Positions 17,699 through 27,094 of a stretch of 64,000 nt of DNA are shown here, in pieces. Position numbers and translations under genes: made by a program. Source of the DNA: a virus. Position 1 is the stretch's first letter. Every line of letters starts with the position of its first letter. Under the pieces are notes generated by a model, which saw nothing but the letters and a program-made list of their open reading frames with translations, did not search any database and was not told the DNA's origin. Location of the stretch: UHGV virus genome UHGV-1378817; one strand, written 5' to 3'.

Positions 17699-18682
17699 AT
17701 GATGACAAAGTTAACTCTTGAGCAAATTTTAACACTAAAGCAACAGGGATACACTAATAGACAAATTGCTCGTGAATTTTTAGGCCGTGAGTCACGTGAG
17801 AGCTGGATCCGACTACAGCTTAAACGTGCACAAGAGAATATGTCAGAGATTGTAGGAGAAGCAACGGAGCGCTTCCTTGAAGAGCACAAAGGTGCTAAAG
17901 TTTGGGTGTATGATACAGAGACATCTCCAACAAACGGCTGGTTCTTTGGGCACTATAAGACCAACATTCAAACCTGCGGTATTGAAATTATGCCCTACAT
18001 GCTAACTTTCGCAGGTAAGTGGTTAGACAGTCCTAGTGTGGTTGACTGCGCTCTTCCTGATTACAAAATGTGGGATGAGGATATTCACAATGATCTCGAA
18101 TTGATTCAGGATTTGTGGTATTATCTGGATACATGTGATGTCGCAGTAGCCCACAATTCAGGTTTTGACTGTGGGTGGGCCAACCAACGATTTGCATTTC
18201 ACGGATTGCCTCCAACAAGCCCCTACAAAGAGGTTGACACCCTTAAAATGATCAAGAAGGCATTCCGTTTGAATGCAAACACTTTGGAGTATGCATGCAA
18301 ATACTTCCAACTTGCCCGACAGAAACTGATTGACCACACATTTGAAATGTGGATCAAGTGTGTTCACGGTGATCTTGAGGCGTTTAAACAGATGCGGGAG
18401 TACAATGTTGGCGATATCCTATCTCTGGAAGGCCTGTATTTGCTGGCTCGCCCGTTTGCTAAGCAGCACCCCAACATGTCATTGTACTACCAGGATGAGG
18501 AGCCAAAAGTTCGTTGCCCACGCTGTGGTGGAGAACACCTTCACGAGGAAGAAGCTTTGGCGTATACTCAACTGAGTGCATTTAAAACATACCGCTGCGA
18601 AGGTTGTGGATCTGTTGTTCGTGACCGTAACAACATCCGCACCAGAGAAGAAATGAAAAATACCCTGATTCAGATAATCTAA
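17699..18682 (+). CDS. DEDD-family 3'-5' exonuclease with C-terminal zinc ribbon
   Basis: Exo I VYDTETS, Exo II AHNSGFDCG, Exo III YNVGD; C-terminal CPRCGG...CEGCG. Confidence 0.55.
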   Translation: MMTKLTLEQILTLKQQGYTNRQIAREFLGRESRESWIRLQLKRAQENMSEIVGEATERFLEEHKGAKVWVYDTETSPTNGWFFGHYKTNIQTCGIEIMPYMLTFAGKWLDSPSVVDCALPDYKMWDEDIHNDLELIQDLWYYLDTCDVAVAHNSGFDCGWANQRFAFHGLPPTSPYKEVDTLKMIKKAFRLNANTLEYACKYFQLARQKLIDHTFEMWIKCVHGDLEAFKQMREYNVGDILSLEGLYLLARPFAKQHPNMSLYYQDEEPKVRCPRCGGEHLHEEEALAYTQLSAFKTYRCEGCGSVVRDRNNIRTREEMKNTLIQII

Positions 18683-18690
18683 CAATTATA

Positions 18691-18714
18691 GGGAGGCTTG
18701 CGCCTCCCTTTTCC
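18691..18714 (+). terminator. putative rho-independent terminator
   Basis: GGGAGGC-ttgc-GCCTCCC followed by TTTTCCTTTT, directly after the stop of ORF 17699-18682. Confidence 0.5.
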
Positions 18715-18727
18715 TTTTGGAGGCACT

Positions 18728-19546
18728 TTGAGCAAGAAAGAGTCCAACGACAAATACTACACAAACCCTGAGTATGCAGAATATCTTGTTGGTAAAGTAA
18801 AAGATAAGTATGGGAATTGTGCATACGTTGAGCCTTCTGCTGGAAGGGGTTCTTTTTCAAAACTATTTTCAGAGATACTGTCGTACGATTTAGTACCAGA
18901 TCCTGAATTTGAAGGACCAACACCGTGCATTCAGGCAAACTTCTTGGAGGTGCATCCCAAGGCAGATGTCTTCATAGGTAACCCACCATTTGGCAAGAAT
19001 TCATCCTTAGCTTGCAAATTCTTTAACCATTGTGCATCATTGCTAGAGCTTGGAGGGGCTATAGCCTTCATCTTGCCACGGACATTTGAAAAAATATTTT
19101 TTGCAAACAAACTGGACATGTCGATGCACCTTGTCTACAGCGAAAGGTGCCCTAAGAATTCGTTTTTACTTAATGGCAAACCTTATGACGTGCCATGTGT
19201 TTTCCAAATTTGGGAGAAAAAGGCGTGCAATAGGGATCCTGTAGAGATTGGAGAGAATAAGTTATTTTCTTTTAGCACACCAGATGACTACGACTTCTGT
19301 GTAAGACGTGTTGGGTATAATGCTGGAAAAGTATTGGGGGATGATGACCCAAAATCTGAAGAATCAACATATTTCATAAAATCTTTAGTTAACGGTGTTG
19401 ACAGAGTGTTTGCTGAATGCTATTCTTCTTTTCAAGAAGAAGCAGGTAAGACTGCTGGAATGAAGAGTATAGGTAAGAAAGAACTACAATACATTTTGGA
19501 GACCAGGTATGATCAAAAGCATAGACTTGACCAAAGAACTTACTGA
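18728..19546 (+). CDS. DNA N6-adenine methyltransferase
   Basis: Motif I EPSAGRGSF and motif IV IGNPPFG. ORF-track start at 18698 lies inside the terminator hairpin; a TTG near 18728 with GGAGG RBS is more plausible. Confidence 0.55.
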   Translation: MSKKESNDKYYTNPEYAEYLVGKVKDKYGNCAYVEPSAGRGSFSKLFSEILSYDLVPDPEFEGPTPCIQANFLEVHPKADVFIGNPPFGKNSSLACKFFNHCASLLELGGAIAFILPRTFEKIFFANKLDMSMHLVYSERCPKNSFLLNGKPYDVPCVFQIWEKKACNRDPVEIGENKLFSFSTPDDYDFCVRRVGYNAGKVLGDDDPKSEESTYFIKSLVNGVDRVFAECYSSFQEEAGKTAGMKSIGKKELQYILETRYDQKHRLDQRTY

Positions 19547-19967
19547 TGCAAAAGCTTTTGGTGAGACAGCGGTACAAAGAGGACAGGCGATGGGACTGGC
19601 ACTACCTTTCGTCTTAAAAGAGCACTTTACAGATTTTCAACTTATCAAAGGTGATAAGGGAATGCTTATCCTGGAGCATAAGTTGAGTAAGAAACGCTAT
19701 AAAGTCGTTTTTAATTCTAAAGCTCCAACAAAACTGGGATTCAGAACTTACAATCTTAACCCTTCCTACACTAAGGGTGTTGGAAGGGTAGAACAACAGC
19801 ATTTCAGTGCCAGAGCTTCTTTAGCCCCTTTGATGCTAAATTTCTCAGGGGTGGCTTTAGGATACCTTGATAAGAAAAGGGTTCTTCATGTTCGTTTCAC
19901 AGACTTTGTAACGCTTTTAGCTAACAACGAGGTTGATGAGAAGGGACGTGTAAAAACAAACTTCTAA
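19509..19967 (+). CDS. hypothetical protein
   Basis: 152-aa ORF downstream of the methyltransferase. Confidence 0.4.
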   Translation: MIKSIDLTKELTDAKAFGETAVQRGQAMGLALPFVLKEHFTDFQLIKGDKGMLILEHKLSKKRYKVVFNSKAPTKLGFRTYNLNPSYTKGVGRVEQQHFSARASLAPLMLNFSGVALGYLDKKRVLHVRFTDFVTLLANNEVDEKGRVKTNF

Positions 19968-19982
19968 TAACGCATAGTATGA

Positions 19983-20186
19983 TTGGAGACCGAAATGACA
20001 CTAGAGTTAACAATTCCAGACAGCTTTTCAGAAAACTTTATCCCAGAAATGATGAGTAAGATGCGATCATTGCTTGATCAGATTGAGGAGGCTGTTTGGG
20101 AAGACGATGCTGTAGTGGCTAACGAGCTGGTAGATAAGTGTAAAAGTATTATTGATGCAGTTGAAGAATACCACGGAGGTTTTTAA
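19983..20186 (+). CDS. hypothetical acidic protein
   Basis: 67-aa ORF coupled to the downstream gene. Confidence 0.35.
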   Translation: METEMTLELTIPDSFSENFIPEMMSKMRSLLDQIEEAVWEDDAVVANELVDKCKSIIDAVEEYHGGF

Positions 20187-20800
20187 TGGATATTATTGTT
20201 CTTAACGCCCCACCCAGCAGTGGTAAGGATCACATTGCAGATCTCTTGTTGGAAGCTATTCCTAACTCACACCACCGTGAGGTTAAGGAAATGCTCTTCA
20301 GTGTGGCAATTAAGGCAGCTGGTGTAACTCCTCAACTCTGGAATGCACTTTATGACCGCCACTACAAAGAAGAGCCTTGCCCTTTCTTAATGATAGACGG
20401 CAAGCATGTTTCTCCGCGAGAATGGATGATCCATTGTAGTGAAAATCTGATTAAACCTATCTTTGGTGAAGATGCTTTCGGTAAAGCCGCAGTCGCATCT
20501 TTGAAGAAAGATTTCCCTGAAGGTAAAGGGGTTATTGTTTACTCCGATGGGGGATTCAAAGAGGAGCTGGCATGCCTTAGCGAGTACGCATACAGCACAG
20601 GTGGAGATCTGTTGTTGTTCCGTATTCACCGTGTAGGATATGACTGGGGAAATGATTCCAGAACCTATCTAAGTCTGGAAAAGAACGGAATAAAAGGGGT
20701 TGAGTTTGATGTTGTAAACCCTGAAGGTGCACCTTGGGAGTGTGCATCGGAGATTGTGTGCAAGTATATTGATGCTAAAGAGGCCCAAGAAGAATGTTAA
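20186..20800 (+). CDS. putative deoxynucleoside monophosphate kinase
   Basis: MDIIVLNAPPSSGKDHIADLL resembles the T4 gp1 dNMP kinase N-terminus (MKLIFLSGVKRSGKDTTADFI). Confidence 0.45.
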   Translation: MDIIVLNAPPSSGKDHIADLLLEAIPNSHHREVKEMLFSVAIKAAGVTPQLWNALYDRHYKEEPCPFLMIDGKHVSPREWMIHCSENLIKPIFGEDAFGKAAVASLKKDFPEGKGVIVYSDGGFKEELACLSEYAYSTGGDLLLFRIHRVGYDWGNDSRTYLSLEKNGIKGVEFDVVNPEGAPWECASEIVCKYIDAKEAQEEC

Positions 20801-21387
20801 TCGGAATTGATGTAGATCTGACACTGGTAGATTCAGGAACAGCATGGTGGGAGTGGTTGGAGCGTTTGTATGGTCCAGCCAGTAAGACAGTAGCTAAACC
20901 TTCTAATGGGCTAATGTATTACGATTTGTCAAAGTATTGGCCTGATCGTCCCAAAGAAAACATCATAGGACCTTTTGATTTCTGGAGTGATCCGTTCCTC
21001 TACGACTTCCTTAAGCCTGAAGAGGGGGCTATTGAGGTTATGAAAGATTTGGTGGCTCGTGGTCACAAGCTTGCATTTATCTCGGTATGCAAGAAAGGTC
21101 ACCTTGCATCTAAATCAAGGTTCTTAAAGCGTTGGACCAGTGATTTTATGGACCTGGACGATCACACCCAGGGCCACGGCTTCTACGCCACACATTTCAA
21201 AGGGAATGTGGCTGTAGATGTTATAATTGACGACAGGCATGAATACCTGAACCAATTCGCTTCACGACCTGAAGTTATTAAAATCCTAAAAGATACGCCT
21301 TATGAGCAATTCGAGGAGTTAAAGGTCAGTGTTGACTATACCGCTAATAGCTGGTATAAAATAGGAAAATTTTTAGAAGGTATTTGA
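20794..21387 (+). CDS. HAD-superfamily phosphatase, possibly a deoxyribonucleotidase
   Basis: N-terminal IGIDVDLTL carries the HAD DxDxT motif. Confidence 0.4.
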   Translation: MLIGIDVDLTLVDSGTAWWEWLERLYGPASKTVAKPSNGLMYYDLSKYWPDRPKENIIGPFDFWSDPFLYDFLKPEEGAIEVMKDLVARGHKLAFISVCKKGHLASKSRFLKRWTSDFMDLDDHTQGHGFYATHFKGNVAVDVIIDDRHEYLNQFASRPEVIKILKDTPYEQFEELKVSVDYTANSWYKIGKFLEGI

Positions 21388-21388
21388 A

Positions 21389-21589
21389 ATGGGCAGATGT
21401 TCTAAAGGTGGCGATCCTGTAGTCAGATACGGTGACTGGCTAGAGGTGTATGATCTAGGAGGTAAGCTAGTGTATGCCTCTAGGATCACCCAAGATATGT
21501 GCTCTGACATGTTCAACAGATACCTTGCATTTAAGGCCAACATAAACCCAGACGAAATTTCCAAAATTAAAACAAGGAGAGCTAAATAA
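21389..21589 (+). CDS. hypothetical protein
   Basis: 66-aa ORF between the HAD and thyX genes. Confidence 0.3.
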   Translation: MGRCSKGGDPVVRYGDWLEVYDLGGKLVYASRITQDMCSDMFNRYLAFKANINPDEISKIKTRRAK

Positions 21590-22572
21590 TGCTAAAACTG
21601 TGCACTGCAAAGATTATTGCTGACAGCATTTCCGAGAAAGGTAAGCGTATCACCACTTTTGAACTAGAGTATCCTCGAATTATTCACTCAGAGCTTATGA
21701 CGCACCGAGTGTTCAGCCGAAACGCCATGTCTTCCCGTGCAGTACCTGTCGGCAAGATGCTGCAACAGATTGTGGAGAATCCGGCAATGCCAGTTCGCTT
21801 CGGTGTAAATAAGCGAGGAATGGAAGATGGTGGGGAACACGATCAAAAGATCCGTGTAGAGTACACTGACATGGAGCTAACTCCTGAAGAGTTTTGGAAA
21901 GAAGCTGCAAAAAACGCCGCTTGGCATGCAGAGAAGTTCGCCCTTGCTGGTTACCATAAGCAAGTATGTAACCGCTTAGTGGAGCCGTTCCAGCGCATGA
22001 AAACAGTTGTAACAAGCACCGAGTGGAATAATTTTTTCCACCTCCGTTGCTGGCACGATGCGGATCCTACGATTCAGATGTTAGCTAATTGTATGTGGGA
22101 GGCTCTTGAGAATAGCACTCCTGAAATCCTTAAACCGGGTCAATGGCACACCCCATATGTAGAGCACGTTTATTTGGACGGAGAGTTTAACTACGCTGTA
22201 CGTGACACAGAAGGAAAGCTCTGCATTCTCGATACTAAAGAAGCTCTGTCTATCAGTGCTAGTTGCTGTGCACAAGTATCTTATCGAAATATTGACAGCA
22301 CGTTTGAAAAGGCAGATAGTGTGGCTAAAAAATTGATTGGTGGGGATCGTATTCATGCAAGCCCTTACGAGCACCAGGCAACACCTATGGATCACGATAA
22401 CGCAATGGAACGTTTAAACTACTACCTGTCTTCATGTGAAATCACACAAGACATCAGTACTTGGCAGGAAGGTGTAACCCATCAAGACCGTGATGGTAAA
22501 TTCTGGTCTGCCAACTTTTGTGGGTGGGTTCAGCACAGACAACTGCTTAATAACCACTTCGTGAAAGGTTAA
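21589..22572 (+). CDS. thyX: flavin-dependent thymidylate synthase
   Basis: ThyX signature RHRxxSxxxxSxR present as THRVFSRNAMSSRA. Confidence 0.8.
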   Translation: MLKLCTAKIIADSISEKGKRITTFELEYPRIIHSELMTHRVFSRNAMSSRAVPVGKMLQQIVENPAMPVRFGVNKRGMEDGGEHDQKIRVEYTDMELTPEEFWKEAAKNAAWHAEKFALAGYHKQVCNRLVEPFQRMKTVVTSTEWNNFFHLRCWHDADPTIQMLANCMWEALENSTPEILKPGQWHTPYVEHVYLDGEFNYAVRDTEGKLCILDTKEALSISASCCAQVSYRNIDSTFEKADSVAKKLIGGDRIHASPYEHQATPMDHDNAMERLNYYLSSCEITQDISTWQEGVTHQDRDGKFWSANFCGWVQHRQLLNNHFVKG

Positions 22573-22601
22573 TCCTATCACAGTGATAGGTAACTTTTGT
22601 G

Positions 22602-22630
22602 TTGACTAATAGTATTAGATAATCTATAAT
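22602..22630 (+). promoter_or_regulatory. sigma70-like promoter with an adjacent perfect palindrome
   Basis: TTGACT-17 nt-TATAAT; immediately upstream is the palindrome CCTATCAC-ag-GTGATAGG at about 22573-22589. Confidence 0.5.
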
Positions 22631-22631
22631 A

Positions 22632-23132
22632 ATGGCTCACTTTGTTGGTGAGCCAGAAATGGAGACAGATATGAGTAATGTTATGATTCCTAAAAAGACA
22701 TTTATTTCAGTTACTTTAGATTTTCTATCTACCGTCCCCGGGTTTAACGTTCGCACACGAAACGGTCTCCGAGCTGCACTCTTTGCCGTAGGGTTTGATT
22801 TAAAAAGTATTGATGTTCTTCGTGGAAAAAACGTTCGATGCAAAAATAAGCCAACACATTATCGAAAGGCAGATGTATTTGCTGGTGTCATGCGTGCAGA
22901 CTTTAGATACCCACAAATGTATAACGGTGTAGATATTTTAGATGTAGATAAAGCACCTGGTGAGGCAATGCTTGTTCAAGATCTCCCGTATGATATCCCC
23001 GTAGAGGATCGTGTTAATGTAAGAAAGTATACAAAACAATCTGAAAAGGCTGAAGATATTCATATTGTTGATGAACCTTTCAATTTTGAAGATCTGCATC
23101 GCCTGGAAAAATTATTCGGTATTGAAAGCTAA
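22632..23132 (+). CDS. hypothetical protein
   Basis: 166-aa ORF downstream of the promoter. Confidence 0.4.
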   Translation: MAHFVGEPEMETDMSNVMIPKKTFISVTLDFLSTVPGFNVRTRNGLRAALFAVGFDLKSIDVLRGKNVRCKNKPTHYRKADVFAGVMRADFRYPQMYNGVDILDVDKAPGEAMLVQDLPYDIPVEDRVNVRKYTKQSEKAEDIHIVDEPFNFEDLHRLEKLFGIES

Positions 23133-23373
23133 GGTGGTGAAGATGAATCATAACTCCAAGTGGAAGGATCTTGGTTTTGCAAGTCGGGCAGAATATGTTG
23201 GTTGGCTTTGGTTCAACGGCCTGACAAACGATATTAAAATGTATGATGATGTTTATTATGACGAGTATACAGGTAAAATTATAAATATCTCTGTAGAAGA
23301 GGATACCTTTATCCAGCAAGATACTGATACCTGCCTTGATAAATACGTTAATGAAGTGGAGGAAGCAAATTGA
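23065..23373 (+). CDS. hypothetical protein
   Basis: 102-aa ORF; start likely at a later Met; GGAGGA near its 3' end serves as RBS for nrdA. Confidence 0.3.
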   Translation: MLMNLSILKICIAWKNYSVLKAKVVKMNHNSKWKDLGFASRAEYVGWLWFNGLTNDIKMYDDVYYDEYTGKIINISVEEDTFIQQDTDTCLDKYVNEVEEAN

Positions 23374-25685
23374 TCACCAAGGTAATTAAAAGCAACGGAT
23401 GTGAAGTGGCATTCGATCCAGAACGTTTAAATAAGGCAGCTATTTTCGGTGACGACGGTAACGGCAATTGGTCACACATTGCACTGGATGCATACAAACG
23501 ACTGTATGATGGATGTACAACCAAAGAAGTTAACCAAGCTATCATAGACTCCTGTGTTAGCCGTAAAGACGAAGCACATTCCCGTATGGCTGGTCGTGTT
23601 CTTATTGGTCAGATTTATAAAGAGGCTTTTGGAGGGTTTACAAAGATCCCTTCCTTACCATCATTTTACAATGACATGGTTGAGAAAGGTTATTGGGAGG
23701 ATATGGGTTATAGCTTTACCGAGCTAAACACTTTAGACGCTGTTATTGACCACAGTAAAGATCTCGGTTATGGCTATGCAGTCCTTAAACAGTTTCGCGA
23801 CAAATACGGGATCAAGGATACTCTTAAAGACACCTTGTTTGAATCTCCCCAGATGATGTTTATGGGGATAGCAATGGCTGTCATGAAGAATATGCCGAAA
23901 GAACGTCGTATCAACGATGTTGTAAAATTATACACTTATCTGTCCGACTTAAAGATCAATGCCCCGACACCGTACTTAAACGGGCTACGCACAGGTAAGA
24001 CAGGGTATGCATCTTGTTGTGTAATAAAAGCTGACGATACAGCAAAATCTATCGGTGTGGCACGTGAAGTTGCGTACACAATGACGGTTAACCAAGCAGG
24101 TATCGGCTACTATTTATCATCAAGATCTGCAGGCGATGGTGTTCGTGGTAACACTATTAAACATATGGGTAAGATTCCATATTATCGAGGTATTGATGCT
24201 GGGGTTAAGGAGAACAGACAACAATCACGTGGCGGTTCTGCAACAGTATCATTCCTTGCACTGGACCCGCAGATTGATGAGCTAATCCGTTTGAGAAACC
24301 CTATGACTGTTGCTTCAAAAAGAATCAACACCATGGACTACTCCATCGGTATTAATAGGTCGTTTATCAACCGTGTGGCTAAGAATTTAGATTGGATGCT
24401 TGTTTCTTATAAGCACGCGCCTCAACTGCATGAGGGTATCTTCACCATGTCTATGGAGGAGTTTGATGCAGAGGTTGATCGTATTGCTAAAGATGACAGT
24501 ATTCCTAAAACATGGATCCGAGCTAGAGATCTTGCTGTTGAACTGATCACGCAGCGCACTGAGGTGGGAAGGCTGTACGTATACTGGACAGATGAGATGA
24601 ATAGACATACACCTTTTAAAGATGTGATCTATTCAAGCAACCTGTGTGCAGAAATAGCCCTCCCGACAAAAGGCTATTCAGATATGCGTAATATCTTCAA
24701 GTACGATGCTGATGATGGAGAGGTTGCATTGTGCTTCCTGTCATCTCTTGTAGCTGGGAGGGTTACTCCAGAGGAGTATGAGGATGTTGCATACTATACG
24801 GTGCTTATGATTGACAATGTTATGGAAATCATGACATATCCGTATGAAAATATGGAAAGCACAGTTAAAAAACGCAGATCCATCGGGGTTGGCCTTACCA
24901 ATGTTGCACATTTTATTGCCAGCCACAAGGTTACTTACGGGTCTCCTGAAAGTAAACAGCTCGTTCACGATCTTGCAGAACTTCACAGCTATAGCTTGCA
25001 TAAGGCAAGTTTACGGTTGGCAAAAGAGCGTGGTGTCTGCGAGTGGATGCATAAAACAAAATATCCAGAAGGTTGGTTACCAATCGACACCTATAACAAA
25101 GAGGTCGATAGCGTGGTGAAAGATCCTTCTCTTAAACAGAATTGGGAAGGGTTACGTAAAGAAATCATTGAGAATGGTGGGCTACGTAATAGCGTTCTTG
25201 AAGCATATATGCCTAATGAAAGCTCTTCGCTGGCAACAAACACCACTAACGGGGTTTATCCTGTCCGTGAGCACATTATCTTTAAAAAGTCGCCACAAGG
25301 GCAGGTGCTGTTTATCGTTCCTGACTATGATGAGTTGAAAGAGTATTACACCTCGGCTTGGGACGTTGATACTAACGACATGATCGATATGTATGCCGTG
25401 ATTCAAAAATTCACAGGTCAGGCAATCAGCGCGGATTTATACATAGACTACACCAAGTTGAAAGATGGTAAAATTTCAATGAAGGAGCAGTTAGGGTACC
25501 TTATCCGTGCCACTAAATTCGGGATGAAGACATGGTATTATTTAAACTCTAGGGTTGGTGCTGGTGACTCCTTGGCAGAGGAACTTCATGCCAAGAAACA
25601 GGCTGAAGATGAAACCAGAAAGAACTATCCTTTGATTGCAGATAGTTCAGTTGAAGATCCGTATTGCGAAAGCTGTGCACTATAA
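23370..25685 (+). CDS. nrdA: ribonucleotide reductase class I large subunit
   Basis: 771 aa; ATP-cone-like N-terminus; active-site region NLCAEIALPT; TTG start with GGAGGA RBS. Confidence 0.85.
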   Translation: MITKVIKSNGCEVAFDPERLNKAAIFGDDGNGNWSHIALDAYKRLYDGCTTKEVNQAIIDSCVSRKDEAHSRMAGRVLIGQIYKEAFGGFTKIPSLPSFYNDMVEKGYWEDMGYSFTELNTLDAVIDHSKDLGYGYAVLKQFRDKYGIKDTLKDTLFESPQMMFMGIAMAVMKNMPKERRINDVVKLYTYLSDLKINAPTPYLNGLRTGKTGYASCCVIKADDTAKSIGVAREVAYTMTVNQAGIGYYLSSRSAGDGVRGNTIKHMGKIPYYRGIDAGVKENRQQSRGGSATVSFLALDPQIDELIRLRNPMTVASKRINTMDYSIGINRSFINRVAKNLDWMLVSYKHAPQLHEGIFTMSMEEFDAEVDRIAKDDSIPKTWIRARDLAVELITQRTEVGRLYVYWTDEMNRHTPFKDVIYSSNLCAEIALPTKGYSDMRNIFKYDADDGEVALCFLSSLVAGRVTPEEYEDVAYYTVLMIDNVMEIMTYPYENMESTVKKRRSIGVGLTNVAHFIASHKVTYGSPESKQLVHDLAELHSYSLHKASLRLAKERGVCEWMHKTKYPEGWLPIDTYNKEVDSVVKDPSLKQNWEGLRKEIIENGGLRNSVLEAYMPNESSSLATNTTNGVYPVREHIIFKKSPQGQVLFIVPDYDELKEYYTSAWDVDTNDMIDMYAVIQKFTGQAISADLYIDYTKLKDGKISMKEQLGYLIRATKFGMKTWYYLNSRVGAGDSLAEELHAKKQAEDETRKNYPLIADSSVEDPYCESCAL

Positions 25686-25690
25686 TTTTA

Positions 25691-25711
25691 AAGGGGCTTC
25701 GGCCCCATTTT
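25691..25711 (+). other. GC hairpin between nrdA and nrdB
   Basis: GGGGC-ttcg-GCCCC followed by ATTTT, between the nrdA stop and the nrdB RBS. Confidence 0.35.
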
Positions 25712-25723
25712 AGAGGTAGAATA

Positions 25724-26812
25724 ATGGCTGTATTTAATGCTGAGAACACCGCTCATAAAACTGGTGACTATCCGCTGTTTCTGGGACAGCAAATGGGTAT
25801 GTACGATTCTATCAACAAAAAATATCCACAACTGTTTGAACTATACAAAAAACAAAAAGAGCAAGATTGGGCAGAGGATGAAGTGGATTTGTCGCAATCT
25901 ATTTCAGATTTTGTAACATGCTCAAAGTCAACTTATGACGTGATGGTGCAGACCTTGATGTGGCAATGGGAGGCTGATAGCGTTGCGGCAAGATCGATCA
26001 TCTGCCTCTTTTCACCATTCATCACTAATAGTGAGCTTTTCACTCTATTGATGAAACAGTCGGAGATTGAAGTTCTTCACGCACTAACTTACTCAGAGAT
26101 TGTTAGACAATGCCTCCCCAATGCCCGTGAGATTATAGAAGAGATTCAGGAAAACCAAAACGTTCTGAGCAGATCCGGCGTTATTGTCAAATACATGCAA
26201 GAGCTTGAGGTTATTGGTGCAAAATACCGACTGGATCCTTCTAGTGTTGAAGAAGATGTTGTGCGGAAATGCATTCTTAGAGCGCTTTTTGCACTTTTAG
26301 CTCTGGAAAGTATTGAGTTTATTGCAAGTTTTGCATGCACTTTTGCAGTAGCTGAACAGGGTATCTTTGTTCAGGTGGCGCAGCTTGTTCAAAAAATCAT
26401 GCTTGACGAAATGCTACATTCGAAAGGGGATTTTGCCATCATTGATATCCTGCTTAATGATCCCGCATGGGAGAAAAGCTTCCTTGAGATAAAGGGGGAG
26501 TTAAAAGAGATTCTTGATGAAGTACGAACCAAAGAGTACGGTTGGAGTGACTATATTTTCAGCGAAGGAAGAGCGATTATAGGTCTTAACTCCCCGTTGC
26601 TTAAAGAGTGGGTTGACTATAACTGCTCACCGATTTATGATTACTACGACATCGACAAAGACTTTGTGCCGCCAACAAAGGACCCGCTACCGTTTATGCA
26701 GGTGTGGATGAAACCTTCATTGCAACAGACGGCGAACCAAGAAATGTCGAACACTGACTACCGCGTCAACACAACTGTTAACGACGCTGAAGAAGAAATT
26801 TGGGAGTTTTAA
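25724..26812 (+). CDS. nrdB: ribonucleotide reductase class I small subunit
   Basis: ORF 25664-26812 trimmed to Met MAVFNAENTAHK with RBS; position and size fit a di-iron R2 subunit. Confidence 0.7.
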   Translation: MAVFNAENTAHKTGDYPLFLGQQMGMYDSINKKYPQLFELYKKQKEQDWAEDEVDLSQSISDFVTCSKSTYDVMVQTLMWQWEADSVAARSIICLFSPFITNSELFTLLMKQSEIEVLHALTYSEIVRQCLPNAREIIEEIQENQNVLSRSGVIVKYMQELEVIGAKYRLDPSSVEEDVVRKCILRALFALLALESIEFIASFACTFAVAEQGIFVQVAQLVQKIMLDEMLHSKGDFAIIDILLNDPAWEKSFLEIKGELKEILDEVRTKEYGWSDYIFSEGRAIIGLNSPLLKEWVDYNCSPIYDYYDIDKDFVPPTKDPLPFMQVWMKPSLQQTANQEMSNTDYRVNTTVNDAEEEIWEF

Positions 26813-26815
26813 TAT

Positions 26816-27094
26816 ATGAGCTGCGAAAAATCTTTTTTCATCATCATTTACGGTAAGGATAACTGCCCACATTGTGTCAGAGCAAAAGAATTTGCAATCA
26901 GCAAAGGTCTGCCTTTTGTATATAAGACACTTGGCGAGGGCTACACAAAAGAAGAGCTTATTGAGAAGTGCAGTCCAATTGTCCCTAGAACGTTGCCGCA
27001 GATCTTCTTAGAAAGCGATCTTGACAGTGTCCATATAGGCGGTGCCGACGATTTCATCTCTTTTGTTAAGAATGGTTTTGGAGAGAAAAAGTGA
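26816..27094 (+). CDS. glutaredoxin / NrdH-like redoxin
   Basis: 92 aa with CPHC active-site motif (GKDNCPHCVRAKEF). Confidence 0.55.
   Translation: MSCEKSFFIIIYGKDNCPHCVRAKEFAISKGLPFVYKTLGEGYTKEELIEKCSPIVPRTLPQIFLESDLDSVHIGGADDFISFVKNGFGEKK

Noticed and set aside
18698-18727. ORF-track start codon at 18698 for the adenine methyltransferase
   Set aside because: That codon lies inside the terminator hairpin of the upstream gene; a TTG near 18728 with a GGAGG RBS is the more plausible start.
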